Shown piece after piece: positions 55,638 through 64,000 of a stretch of 64,000 nt of DNA. Where the stretch lies: the NCBI GenBank assembly GCA_002430735.1, contig DJCV01000003.1, forward strand, positions 21,142-85,141, written 5' to 3'. The notes under the pieces were generated by a model. That model was not told the origin of the DNA and did no database searches. It saw only the letters and a list, made by a program, of their open reading frames with translations. This DNA is from Candidatus Woesebacteria bacterium UBA5941 (GTDB taxonomy: Bacteria > Patescibacteriota > Microgenomatia > UBA8517). Numbering within the stretch: the first letter of the stretch is position 1; each line of letters opens with the position of its first letter. The translations under genes and the position numbers were made by a program.

Positions 55638-57829
55638 TTTTCTGCTTCTATACTAACCTCAATTCGCTGAGCCACAAACGGCACAAAACGAATAGGATCA
55701 GGAAGAGCAGGATTAATCGTTATTGCAGCTCGTACGAATCCAGGAATTGTTCCCAGATAATTATTTGCAGTCGCGAATCGTTTTCCAGAGACAGCTCGTG
55801 CGACATCATCTGGATTTACATTTGGAAGGAGGTGTGCGGTTAAGCCTATGTTAGCTGAAATATCCCCACCTTGTCCTTTTTGGATCTCAAAATCAGTTTG
55901 CACTTGTTCTGGCCTAAACGAATACCCTCCGGGCACCTGAGATGTTAACAGTTTCTCTGCAGCCTGTTTAATTGCATCTTTGGGAATCGCATACGCAGTC
56001 GCTTGAATCTCAAGAGACAGGTTTACACTACTTGCCTCATCCCCTGCTTTGTGGTCGAAGACTTTTGTATTGGTTTTAGTGGTTACAGAATCCGGAATAA
56101 AAGAGTAATTCTCTGGCACTTCTCTTACAATTTCTTCTTTTGCCTGCGCAGTGAGTTTTGAAACCGTTGCTTGCTCTAAACTATCTAAGTCTGCTTTGGA
56201 AACAGCGGTAATCTGTCGGCTTGACCCACCAGTGAATGTTTCTGCGACAACGGCATCAATTTCACTGGTTAAAAAGTTCCCCACTTTTAAGGTTTGATCT
56301 TTGGCAAGGTTATAATCTGAGCCAATAGCCGCGGCTGTAGCCGAAAGCGTGATTGTTCCAGGTGACGCAGGAGAAGTTGCAGCTGAGACTGAAGCACTTT
56401 CGTCAAGTGTAAACTTTAAGTCGTTTGCTCCGACAAGAAGCGCACCAGCAGGAAGCTTTACACCATTTGCCGTTCCGTTTCTGATGGTTACGGTCCCTTT
56501 TGCTTTATCTCCAACTGTTTTATTTCCACTTGCAGGAGCTGAGTCTTCACCTGAGACTGTCTTTGTAAAGACCGCAACAGGAAGGACTTTATTATCAATG
56601 TCCACAGTATCAGTTCCTTCTTTGAGTGCAAACGTCTCGTGAGTTGTGAGCGAGCGTGGAGAGATAAAAATAGTGATGTCTGCCTGTGGAAGGAAATACC
56701 ACGCAGCAACAACCCCTCCGAAAATAATCGAGAATCCAAGAAATCCAAAGATTGCGGCAGTCTTTAGGGAAAGCGTTGACCTTCGCTTTGCATGCGGTAC
56801 AACATGAGGTTGCTCGATTGGAAGTGTGTCAAAACTTTTCTTTTTAAATGGAAGTGCACCGATTAATGCCGATGGCTTTTTTATTATTGCGAGCATTTTG
56901 TGCTTCGCCTGGAAGGCTTTTGAGCTGGAAGTTGCGTGAATAGCAGTAGCATGTTCCTCTTCACGAGCAACAGCCTGCGAATGATCTTTTGGATTAATTT
57001 TTGTAATGTCTGCATCAATCGCAAATCCCAAATCATTCAGTGATACGTCTGTTGGAACAATATTCTCTTCTAGCGGCTCTGGTGTTTTTTGAGGTGTTAC
57101 AAAAAGCTTTACTGGTCCCATTTCAGATGAACCGGCAAGACTAATTGCACTTAACAATCGTTCATTTGTCGCGAGTTCAATCTTTGGCTCGTGCAAGAAC
57201 ATAAGTTTGTCGTTTGCATCCTTCCAAGTAACTGATGACAGTAAGTGAGAAATGTCCCCAAGCTCTTCTTTTGAAGCACCATACACGACAAATCGCGACG
57301 GGAGTGCATCGTTTGATTGGAACCGGGTGAGTGCTTCTATTAAGTCTTCGGTCAAGGATACGCTTCGGCCAACTTCAACAGTACCGGCGAGTGTTCCAAG
57401 CCTAAAGAGCGTTACTTCGAGTGTCGTTTTCGCAATTCCGACGACAACAGCGGAAAGCGGACCTCCTTCGTTTTGTTTTACCTCATGAGAAATGGCTTCA
57501 GGAATTACCACAAAGCCCACTGGGGACAAGGATAACTTACTGCAAATCTCACGAATAAGGGCTAGATAGTCTTTTTTAATATGTCCTTCTGTCACCCATC
57601 CAGAGGGCACACCAAATACTGTTTTTGTTGGTTCTCCTGCATCTGAAGGGATTGATGCGGTAGCTTCGGTCAATGAAGTATCAACGGCTTCTATTAGTTC
57701 TGCTTCGTCATTCCATGAAACTTCTGGTCCATAGGAAACGACTGAGGTTTCTTCTTCATCACGACTCCACAAGCACACAGAGGTGATGTGAGAAGTAATT
57801 ATGAGAGACCAGAAATAAGCTTTTGACAT
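55634..57829 (-). CDS. Single-pass membrane protein: degenerate FtsA/actin-like N-terminus plus baseplate-J-like extracellular domain
   Basis: VFGVPSGW, VVIPEAI, VVVGIAKTTLEVTL; central TM; KAKGTVTIRN, AAAIGSDYN, FTGGSSR. Confidence 0.6.
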   Translation of the reverse strand: MSKAYFWSLIITSHITSVCLWSRDEEETSVVSYGPEVSWNDEAELIEAVDTSLTEATASIPSDAGEPTKTVFGVPSGWVTEGHIKKDYLALIREICSKLSLSPVGFVVIPEAISHEVKQNEGGPLSAVVVGIAKTTLEVTLFRLGTLAGTVEVGRSVSLTEDLIEALTRFQSNDALPSRFVVYGASKEELGDISHLLSSVTWKDANDKLMFLHEPKIELATNERLLSAISLAGSSEMGPVKLFVTPQKTPEPLEENIVPTDVSLNDLGFAIDADITKINPKDHSQAVAREEEHATAIHATSSSKAFQAKHKMLAIIKKPSALIGALPFKKKSFDTLPIEQPHVVPHAKRRSTLSLKTAAIFGFLGFSIIFGGVVAAWYFLPQADITIFISPRSLTTHETFALKEGTDTVDIDNKVLPVAVFTKTVSGEDSAPASGNKTVGDKAKGTVTIRNGTANGVKLPAGALLVGANDLKFTLDESASVSAATSPASPGTITLSATAAAIGSDYNLAKDQTLKVGNFLTSEIDAVVAETFTGGSSRQITAVSKADLDSLEQATVSKLTAQAKEEIVREVPENYSFIPDSVTTKTNTKVFDHKAGDEASSVNLSLEIQATAYAIPKDAIKQAAEKLLTSQVPGGYSFRPEQVQTDFEIQKGQGGDISANIGLTAHLLPNVNPDDVARAVSGKRFATANNYLGTIPGFVRAAITINPALPDPIRFVPFVAQRIEVSIEAEK

Positions 57830-57849
57830 AGGCAGTCGGAAGCGCCAGT

Positions 57850-59652
57850 TTACACTATTGTGGCATAAATTCGTCTAACGTTACTACCACTTGCTTCCTC
57901 TCGGGTAATTTTAACATGTCCGCCGAGATCGGAGAGTTTTGTGACATGAGGACCACCACACACTTCCTTTGAGAACCATTCGCCATTAGGATCGCCAATC
58001 GTATACACCTTTACTTGCTCTCCATACTTTTGATCAAAAAACGCAAGTGCCCCTTTTGAACGGGCTTCGTCTAAACTCATCATTTCAAATCCAACAGGTA
58101 AGTTCTTATCAATCTGTTCATTTACCAGCGATTCAACTTTTGAGATCTCTTGATCCGTTACTTTTGCATGATGGATAAAGTCAAAGCGCAATCGCTCATG
58201 TGTGATATTACTTCCCTTTTGCTGCACATGATCACCAAGTACTTTTCTCAATCCGGTATGCAATAAGTGGGTTGCAGTGTGCAGTCGTGTTGTTTCTTCA
58301 GAATGATCAACCAATCCACCTTTAAATACTCCCGCAGACGCGGTTCGTGATTTATTCTGGTGTTCTTCGAATGCTTTCTTAAATTCTTCGATGTCAATCT
58401 TTTGTCCTTTTTCTTGGAAGATTTCAACCGACAATTCAAGTGGGAATCCATATGTTTGATATAAATCAAATGCTATTTTCCCATCAATGGTATCAATCTT
58501 TTCCACTTCCTTATTTCCGTTCTCAAGTGTCTTGTGAAATTTTGTTACCTCATCATGAATAACACTCTGCAATTGAGTTGTATCAGAAGAATTAAAATAC
58601 ACTTCATATTTTTTAACCAACTCAGAGATAAGTGTTGTAAAAATATTTGGCTCAATTTGTGTATCCTTCAATTTTCTTGCTTTCAAAATAGCGCGTCGAA
58701 TCAACCGTCGCATCACATACCCTTGTCCTTTATTTGAAGGGACAACTCCTGCTTTTGCAAGAAATGTGGCTGCTCGAATATGGTCAACAATCACTCTAAA
58801 ACTTGCTTTGTCTTCCTCATATTTTTTGCCTACGTAAATCTCTACTTCAGCAATTAAATCTTTAAATAATTCCAGTTCGAACACGTCAGGGTTGTTGTTC
58901 ACAGCGGCAGCCATTCGTTCAAGCCCCCCGCCGAAATCCACATTTTTATTTGGCAGTTCTTCTAATTTTCCGCTCTCGTTCTTTTTATATTGAATAAACA
59001 CGGAATTTCCAATTTCCATAAAACGACCACAATCACAATTTGGGTGACACTCTTGGTTTTTCCATTCAGACTGTTCATGAAGATTCAAACCAGTACCAAA
59101 ATCATAAAAGATTTCTGAGTCCGGTCCTCCAATTTCGCCAACTGGCATTTGCTCAGGAGTACCACTACGACTCCACCAATTTTTTTTCACACCATATTCG
59201 TAAATATGATCTTTTGAAACACCTAACTCAATCCACCTATTGTATGAAGTCTCATCGCGAGGAACTTCCTCATTTCCTTCAAAGATACTAAAGTACAATT
59301 TGTCTTTTGGTAACCCGAGTTCAGCGGTTAAAAATTCAAACACGAACCCTAGCTGTTCTTCTTTGAAATAATCGCCCAAGCTCCAGTTTCCCAACATTTC
59401 AAAAAATGTGGTATGTCTGTTGTCTCCTACTTCCTCAATATCTTGTACGCGAATTGATGGTTGAGAATCGACGAGTCGTTTTCCTGCAGGATGAGTTTCT
59501 CCTAATAAAAAGGGGACAAGTGGTTGCATTCCAGATGATGTGAAGAGTGTTGTTGGATCGTTCTCTAATACAAGAGGTGCAGGGTCAATAATTGCGTGCC
59601 CTTTAGCTTTGAAAAAAGCCAAGTATTTAGTACGAATTTCTGTGAGAGTCAT
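57850..59652 (-). CDS. alaS: Alanyl-tRNA synthetase (600 aa, no C-Ala domain)
   Basis: LFTSSGMQP, HTTFFEMLGNWS, GLERM, HTATH, EVCGGPHV. Confidence 0.95.
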   Translation of the reverse strand: MTLTEIRTKYLAFFKAKGHAIIDPAPLVLENDPTTLFTSSGMQPLVPFLLGETHPAGKRLVDSQPSIRVQDIEEVGDNRHTTFFEMLGNWSLGDYFKEEQLGFVFEFLTAELGLPKDKLYFSIFEGNEEVPRDETSYNRWIELGVSKDHIYEYGVKKNWWSRSGTPEQMPVGEIGGPDSEIFYDFGTGLNLHEQSEWKNQECHPNCDCGRFMEIGNSVFIQYKKNESGKLEELPNKNVDFGGGLERMAAAVNNNPDVFELELFKDLIAEVEIYVGKKYEEDKASFRVIVDHIRAATFLAKAGVVPSNKGQGYVMRRLIRRAILKARKLKDTQIEPNIFTTLISELVKKYEVYFNSSDTTQLQSVIHDEVTKFHKTLENGNKEVEKIDTIDGKIAFDLYQTYGFPLELSVEIFQEKGQKIDIEEFKKAFEEHQNKSRTASAGVFKGGLVDHSEETTRLHTATHLLHTGLRKVLGDHVQQKGSNITHERLRFDFIHHAKVTDQEISKVESLVNEQIDKNLPVGFEMMSLDEARSKGALAFFDQKYGEQVKVYTIGDPNGEWFSKEVCGGPHVTKLSDLGGHVKITREEASGSNVRRIYATIV

Positions 59653-59677
59653 GGCAGGATTATATCATGCAGCCAAT

Positions 59678-59704
59678 AAAATGACCCCAACAAGTGGGGC
59701 CATA
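59678..59704 (-). terminator. Terminator after orphan membrane gene
   Basis: TGGCCCCA-CTTGT-TGGGGTCA-TTTT on minus strand. Confidence 0.6.
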
Positions 59705-59713
59705 CTTTACTTA

Positions 59714-60112
59714 TTATTCAATCCTCCATTTCGAAAACATAAGAAGGAGAGCAATGACGATTAATCCGATTACTGCCCAAGTTCTCATCTCAGCGTTTTC
59801 AATCCGAGACAAAACTCCGAGGCCAAGCCTCAACCGCTGATCCGCAAATTCAAGTGCTACTACTGCAAAGGCTAATGCTGCAAATTGCTCCCGTTTCTTA
59901 CTGATGAAAGCGAGGTATGCGATTCCTGCTGCGATACCTAGTAAAACAAAGGACTGAGTTGCAGCAGGCACATTCTTTTCAATAAAACTGCTCACAGCGG
60001 TCAGTTTGGGAATTTGCATCACAAAGACGACAACAAGCATGAGACACAGAAAAGCGAGTGCGAAGTTGCAAATCCACCCGATCAGGTTCTTGACTGCTAG
60101 CCATACACGCAT
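59714..60112 (-). CDS. Hypothetical multi-TM protein (orphan cassette)
   Basis: About four hydrophobic segments; TGA-TATTAT -10, AAGGAG SD, terminator. Confidence 0.6.
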   Translation of the reverse strand: MRVWLAVKNLIGWICNFALAFLCLMLVVVFVMQIPKLTAVSSFIEKNVPAATQSFVLLGIAAGIAYLAFISKKREQFAALAFAVVALEFADQRLRLGLGVLSRIENAEMRTWAVIGLIVIALLLMFSKWRIE

Positions 60113-60170
60113 GGAACACTCCTTTAATAGGTTCTAAACTGTCCTATAATATCACAATGAGAGTATTATT

Positions 60171-60359
60171 TCAAGCTTTTTTTTTGAGGTTCTCTAAAAA
60201 TGAGGCTACTTTCTCTGTCGGGTTATCCAAAAGAAGCTGTACTCTTCGGATAACGGCGCGCGCTTCTTTGACCACAAAAAACACTTGAAATCCAACGACT
60301 AAGAGCAAACTCGTGAGAGACACTATAACGATAATCAGTAGCAGTTGTATTCCGTCCAT
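60171..60359 (-). CDS. Small single-TM protein
   Basis: 62 aa, N-terminal hydrophobic helix; 1 nt after upstream stop. Confidence 0.6.
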   Translation of the reverse strand: MDGIQLLLIIVIVSLTSLLLVVGFQVFFVVKEARAVIRRVQLLLDNPTEKVASFLENLKKKA

Positions 60360-60360
60360 G

Positions 60361-60993
60361 TTATTTTTTTGAAAGCTTAACGTCTATTGTACGGGAGAGG
60401 ATGCTTTCCTTGCCAGTGCGAGAAATTGCTTTAACGACTATCGCTTTCGTTTCAGAAACAATTTGAATTTCTGCAGCAAAATTTCCATCGCTATCCACAA
60501 CAACCGGTGTCTCATTAATACGAATTGCAGCATTCATATCAGTCGTTCCTCTCACCATTACTGTGCCTGAGGTTACCAATTCATTCTCAACAGGAGAAAT
60601 AACTGTAAGCTTAGGGGCGCTCGTGAAATTTCGGTATTGATAGGTTAAATATCCACCCATGACAAGAGCACCGAGTAAGCCAAGAATAAAAATAATTGCA
60701 CGAGGTCCAAACCGAACTTCCTTCTTAATGTCAGGTTTAGGATTAATAGATAGCTTCTGTGGCGGGTAATCGCGCCTGAGGAACGCAACTGCTTGGTCTC
60801 GGTTTATAGACAGTGCATCAGCGATGCTTTTCACAAATCCACTGACAACCGGAAGTTCTGGAAGTTTATTCCAGTTTTCGTTTTCAATATCATCAATAAA
60901 TTCTGGCTTAATTTTTGTAGCACGAGAGAGTTCCTTTTGTGACAACCCTTGTTGCTCACGCGCAATACGAAGTAATGTGCCAATTGTCTTCAT
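60361..60993 (-). CDS. RodZ-like HTH-TM protein with C-terminal Ig-like domain
   Basis: IGTLLRIARE..TKIK..IEN..LP..GFVKS HTH, TM, beta domain; downstream of ftsK. Confidence 0.75.
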   Translation of the reverse strand: MKTIGTLLRIAREQQGLSQKELSRATKIKPEFIDDIENENWNKLPELPVVSGFVKSIADALSINRDQAVAFLRRDYPPQKLSINPKPDIKKEVRFGPRAIIFILGLLGALVMGGYLTYQYRNFTSAPKLTVISPVENELVTSGTVMVRGTTDMNAAIRINETPVVVDSDGNFAAEIQIVSETKAIVVKAISRTGKESILSRTIDVKLSKK

Positions 60994-61001
60994 AGAAGCT
61001 C

Positions 61002-63137
61002 TTAACCGCTTGACGCCTCCGAGTCAGCATTTTCACCGCCACCAAACACCTGTTCTGGATTTTGGATTAACACTTCACGCGGCTTACTTCCTTCCGCTGC
61101 GCTAACCACTCCTGCTTCCTCAAGTTGATCGAGTATTCGTGCAGCTCGTGCATACCCAACTGATAATTTGCGCTGCAATAGTGATGCTGAAGCGCGATCG
61201 TATTGGCATACGATTTCAACAGCGCGCTTAAACATATCATCCGTCTCTTCAACACCGGCAACATTTAAGCTTCCTGGCTTTTGAGTTGTCACCACCTCTT
61301 CAGTGTAATGAGGCTCAACTCCTTGTTCTTTCAAGAATGAAACGAGGTGGTTCACATCTTTATCTGAAACAAAAGCCCCCTGGATACGCTTTGGGCGGGC
61401 TTGTTCTGGGGACAAATGTAACATGTCTCCTTTACCGAGCAATTTCTCAGCACCATACGCATCCAAGATAACTCGTGAATCTACTTGAGAAGAAACGGCA
61501 AAAGCTATGCGGTGAGGAACGTTTGCCTTGATAAGTCCTGTTAAAACGTCAACAGATGGGCGTTGGGTTGCAAGCACCATATGAATACCTGTCGCACGAC
61601 TCATTTGAGCAAGACGCGTAATACAGTCTTCAACTTCAACAGGAGCAAAGAGCATGATATCAGCCAACTCATCAATAACAAGAACGATATAAGGCATGGC
61701 CTGGAATCCGCTCATTTCGTTGTATCCGTCGATATTTCTCACACCTGATTGTGCGAAGAGTTTGTACCTGCGGTCCATTTCCCCTACTAACCATCTCAGC
61801 GCTGACAAGACTTTATCAGGTTCAACGATAACGGGTGTTAATAAATGAGGAATACTGTTATATCCCGTTAACTCAACTCGTTTTGGATCGACCAAAATAA
61901 ACTTCACTTCAGACGGAGATGCACGGAACAGGAGAGATGCTAAAAACGTATTTAAACAGACGCTTTTTCCTGACCCAGTTTGCCCTGCAATTAATACGTG
62001 TGGCATTTTTCCAATGTCAGCAATAATTGGCTTTCCAGCGACATCGAGTCCCAACGCAACAGTTAACTTTGAATGAGAGGTTCTCATTGGATCACTTAAT
62101 AACATTTTCTTAAGAGGCACAAATTCAGGAGATTTATTCGGAAGTTCAATACCAACGAGCGATCTTCCTGCGATTGGCGCTTCAATACGAATAGCCCCCG
62201 TTGGAGACTCAAGTGAGCGAGCCAAATCCCGATCAAGAGCTGTAATTTTTGAAAGCTTCGTACCAAGTGCCACTTCAATTGCATACTGAGTAACAGATGG
62301 ACCTTGATTCACCTCAACAACCCGCGCGGTAATTCCAAAGGAATCAAGCGTTTCTTCAATGACCGCAGCATTGCCTTTAATATCACCTCTGTCAGCTTTC
62401 CCGCCACTTGATTCAGAAAGCAAATCAAGCGGTGGATATTTCCACACACCATCATCCCCAGCATTACTTGCAATAGGTTTCATCTCTTTTCCTTTTGTAT
62501 CATTCGAGTACGTTGGAGCCCCACCTAAAATCTTAAATTCTTTTTTCTCAGGAGCACTTCCACCAAACAGTTTTCCTCCCAAAAAGCCTCTCTTCTCTTT
62601 AATCTTCTCTTCTGATTCAAGAATATCGTCCTTGGATTTTTTCGCACTCTTTTTCTCTTCTTTTGCTGTTACTAACTCAATCAGTTGTTCAAAGGAAACA
62701 TTAAAAAGAATTAAAAGCCCTGCCACAGTTAATGCAAGAAGCAGGACGATACTCCCTGCTGGCGTAATAAGGGCTGCAACACCGTCCCCAGCTTGCGTGC
62801 CAAACGATCCAGAATGGGTAAGTGTAGTAATTGAAAGGAAAAAGAGAAGAGAACCAATAACGACATTTGCCCGTCCGAGCAGAATTTTAATTTTACTCAC
62901 AGCAAATCCAAAGGAAATCAAAATAAATGGCAAAAAGACAGATGACCACCCAAGGTAACTCGTTAAAAAATCGTTTACACGAATAAGGGCTCGTCCCTGT
63001 CGTGAGAAAGAAACCAAAATAAGTCCTGCAGCAACCCAAAATGCGATCTGCAGAAGAGATCTAAAAACGGCGGGATTAATACCAGACCGTTCGCCTTTTT
63101 CTTTCGACTTTTTGATGCGCTTTCGTTTCTTAGCCAT
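61002..63137 (-). CDS. ftsK: DNA translocase FtsK/SpoIIIE
   Basis: N-terminal TMs, PHVLIAGQTGSGKS, IDELAD, ATQRPS, SLLQRKLSVGYARAAR. Confidence 0.96.
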   Translation of the reverse strand: MAKKRKRIKKSKEKGERSGINPAVFRSLLQIAFWVAAGLILVSFSRQGRALIRVNDFLTSYLGWSSVFLPFILISFGFAVSKIKILLGRANVVIGSLLFFLSITTLTHSGSFGTQAGDGVAALITPAGSIVLLLALTVAGLLILFNVSFEQLIELVTAKEEKKSAKKSKDDILESEEKIKEKRGFLGGKLFGGSAPEKKEFKILGGAPTYSNDTKGKEMKPIASNAGDDGVWKYPPLDLLSESSGGKADRGDIKGNAAVIEETLDSFGITARVVEVNQGPSVTQYAIEVALGTKLSKITALDRDLARSLESPTGAIRIEAPIAGRSLVGIELPNKSPEFVPLKKMLLSDPMRTSHSKLTVALGLDVAGKPIIADIGKMPHVLIAGQTGSGKSVCLNTFLASLLFRASPSEVKFILVDPKRVELTGYNSIPHLLTPVIVEPDKVLSALRWLVGEMDRRYKLFAQSGVRNIDGYNEMSGFQAMPYIVLVIDELADIMLFAPVEVEDCITRLAQMSRATGIHMVLATQRPSVDVLTGLIKANVPHRIAFAVSSQVDSRVILDAYGAEKLLGKGDMLHLSPEQARPKRIQGAFVSDKDVNHLVSFLKEQGVEPHYTEEVVTTQKPGSLNVAGVEETDDMFKRAVEIVCQYDRASASLLQRKLSVGYARAARILDQLEEAGVVSAAEGSKPREVLIQNPEQVFGGGENADSEASSG

Positions 63138-63139
63138 AT

Positions 63140-63148
63140 TTATCCACA
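63140..63148 (+). promoter_or_regulatory. Consensus DnaA box between the ftsK -10 element and start codon
   Basis: TTATCCACA exact match. Confidence 0.5.
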
Positions 63149-63179
63149 GTATAACAGAGGCGTAAACGGGGAGAGAAAT

Positions 63180-64000
63180 TTATTCTTCAGCGACGACCGG
63201 CAAAATCATCGGCCTGCGTCCAGTTTTTTCAAAAAAGTATCGCTCGAGAAAATCCACAGCCTCTCGTTTTAAAACAGCAGTATTTACGATCCTCTTTTTA
63301 TCTAAGTGCTTCACCAGTTTTGATCCACTTTCCGTTAAGAAATTCTTTCTCATTTTTTCAAATACAAACCCACGACTAATAATTTCAGGATCTCCCACAA
63401 CTTTCTTTTGCGCCGTATCAAATCCCATGACAACAATTGCGATTCCATCGCTTGCCAAGATTTGACGGTCTCGCAGTACGACCTGCCCCACATCGCCAAC
63501 TTCCAATCCATCAACCAACACTTGCCTCACAGGAATTGTCTCTCCTCGGGAAACTCGCCCCTGGCTAAATTCAACTGTTTCTCCGCCGGTCAACTCAAGC
63601 ACTTCATTTTTCTTCTTACCCATCATTTCAGCAATCTTCCCGTAGGCTCTCATGTGTCGAATGGTGCCGCCAATGGGGATTAAAAACTTAGGCTGTACTA
63701 GTCCAATAAGCATTTTGATGTCTTCCATGCTTCCGTGTCCTGAGACGTGCAAATTTTCTTGCATGTCGTAATAATGGACATCCACATTCTCCTCAAGCAA
63801 TCGGTCAACAACGAAATCCACATTAAACTTAGCTCCTGGTGGTGCAGGGTCTGCTGAAAAGACAACCGTATCTTCTTCTTCAACACTTAATAAATCGTGT
63901 TCTCCCATCGCAACACGGTAGAGCGCGCTCCCTGGTTGTCCATATGAGCCAGAAATAATGTAGAGCATTTTGTCGCGCGGAATTCGCTTTGCATCGCGAC
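63180..64000 (-). CDS. rnj: Ribonuclease J, C-terminal part (starts beyond window end)
   Basis: LHVSGH, VLVDG, LRDRQILASDG, ISRGFV, RRPMILPV. Confidence 0.92.
   Translation of the reverse strand, partial: RDAKRIPRDKMLYIISGSYGQPGSALYRVAMGEHDLLSVEEEDTVVFSADPAPPGAKFNVDFVVDRLLEENVDVHYYDMQENLHVSGHGSMEDIKMLIGLVQPKFLIPIGGTIRHMRAYGKIAEMMGKKKNEVLELTGGETVEFSQGRVSRGETIPVRQVLVDGLEVGDVGQVVLRDRQILASDGIAIVVMGFDTAQKKVVGDPEIISRGFVFEKMRKNFLTESGSKLVKHLDKKRIVNTAVLKREAVDFLERYFFEKTGRRPMILPVVAEE

Noticed and set aside
55634-57829. Prophage or contractile injection system implied by the baseplate-J-like domain
   Set aside because: No sheath, tube, spike, terminase or integrase nearby; the gene sits among housekeeping genes.
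22549-63886. Numerous antisense and off-frame ORFs of 60-200 aa over conserved genes
   Set aside because: Shadows of well-supported genes with no independent motifs or initiation signals.
1-64000. CRISPR array, IS element, integron, or alternative genetic code
   Set aside because: No regular repeat-spacer pattern, transposase or integrase seen by eye; long genes are intact with TGA as stop.

Overview
Core-genome window of a Patescibacteria (CPR) bacterium, most likely Microgenomates-like. This is inferred from the missing uL30 between rpsE and rplO, short AlaRS, sortase, DUF3048 and FtsA/baseplate-J-like genes, and intact ORFs under code 11. It holds recJ (partial), cca, secDF, nth, dtd, RNase P RNA, miaA, HU, rny, recX/recA, tsaC, tRNA-Pro(GGG), lysS, the alpha/spc/S10 ribosomal cluster, tuf, fusA, rpsG/rpsL, a single fused rpoB-rpoC ORF, mltG, ruvX, sortase, alaS, ftsK and rnj (partial). 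The str/S10 cluster is interrupted by self-contained inserts. The most unusual insert is a ~190-nt putative ncRNA downstream of rpsG, carrying 19 nt of the 16S rRNA decoding region (1387-1405) plus a partner strand that can rebuild helix 28 with its bulged G926. Other highlights are a hidden two-peptide membrane operon, small acidic orphan cassettes, non-canonical catalytic motifs (RNAP GADFDGD, EF-G NKLN/GGD), a CC1-like small protein, and three distinct translation-initiation styles. No mobile element or CRISPR array was seen. All calls are by eye from motifs; no database searches were run.
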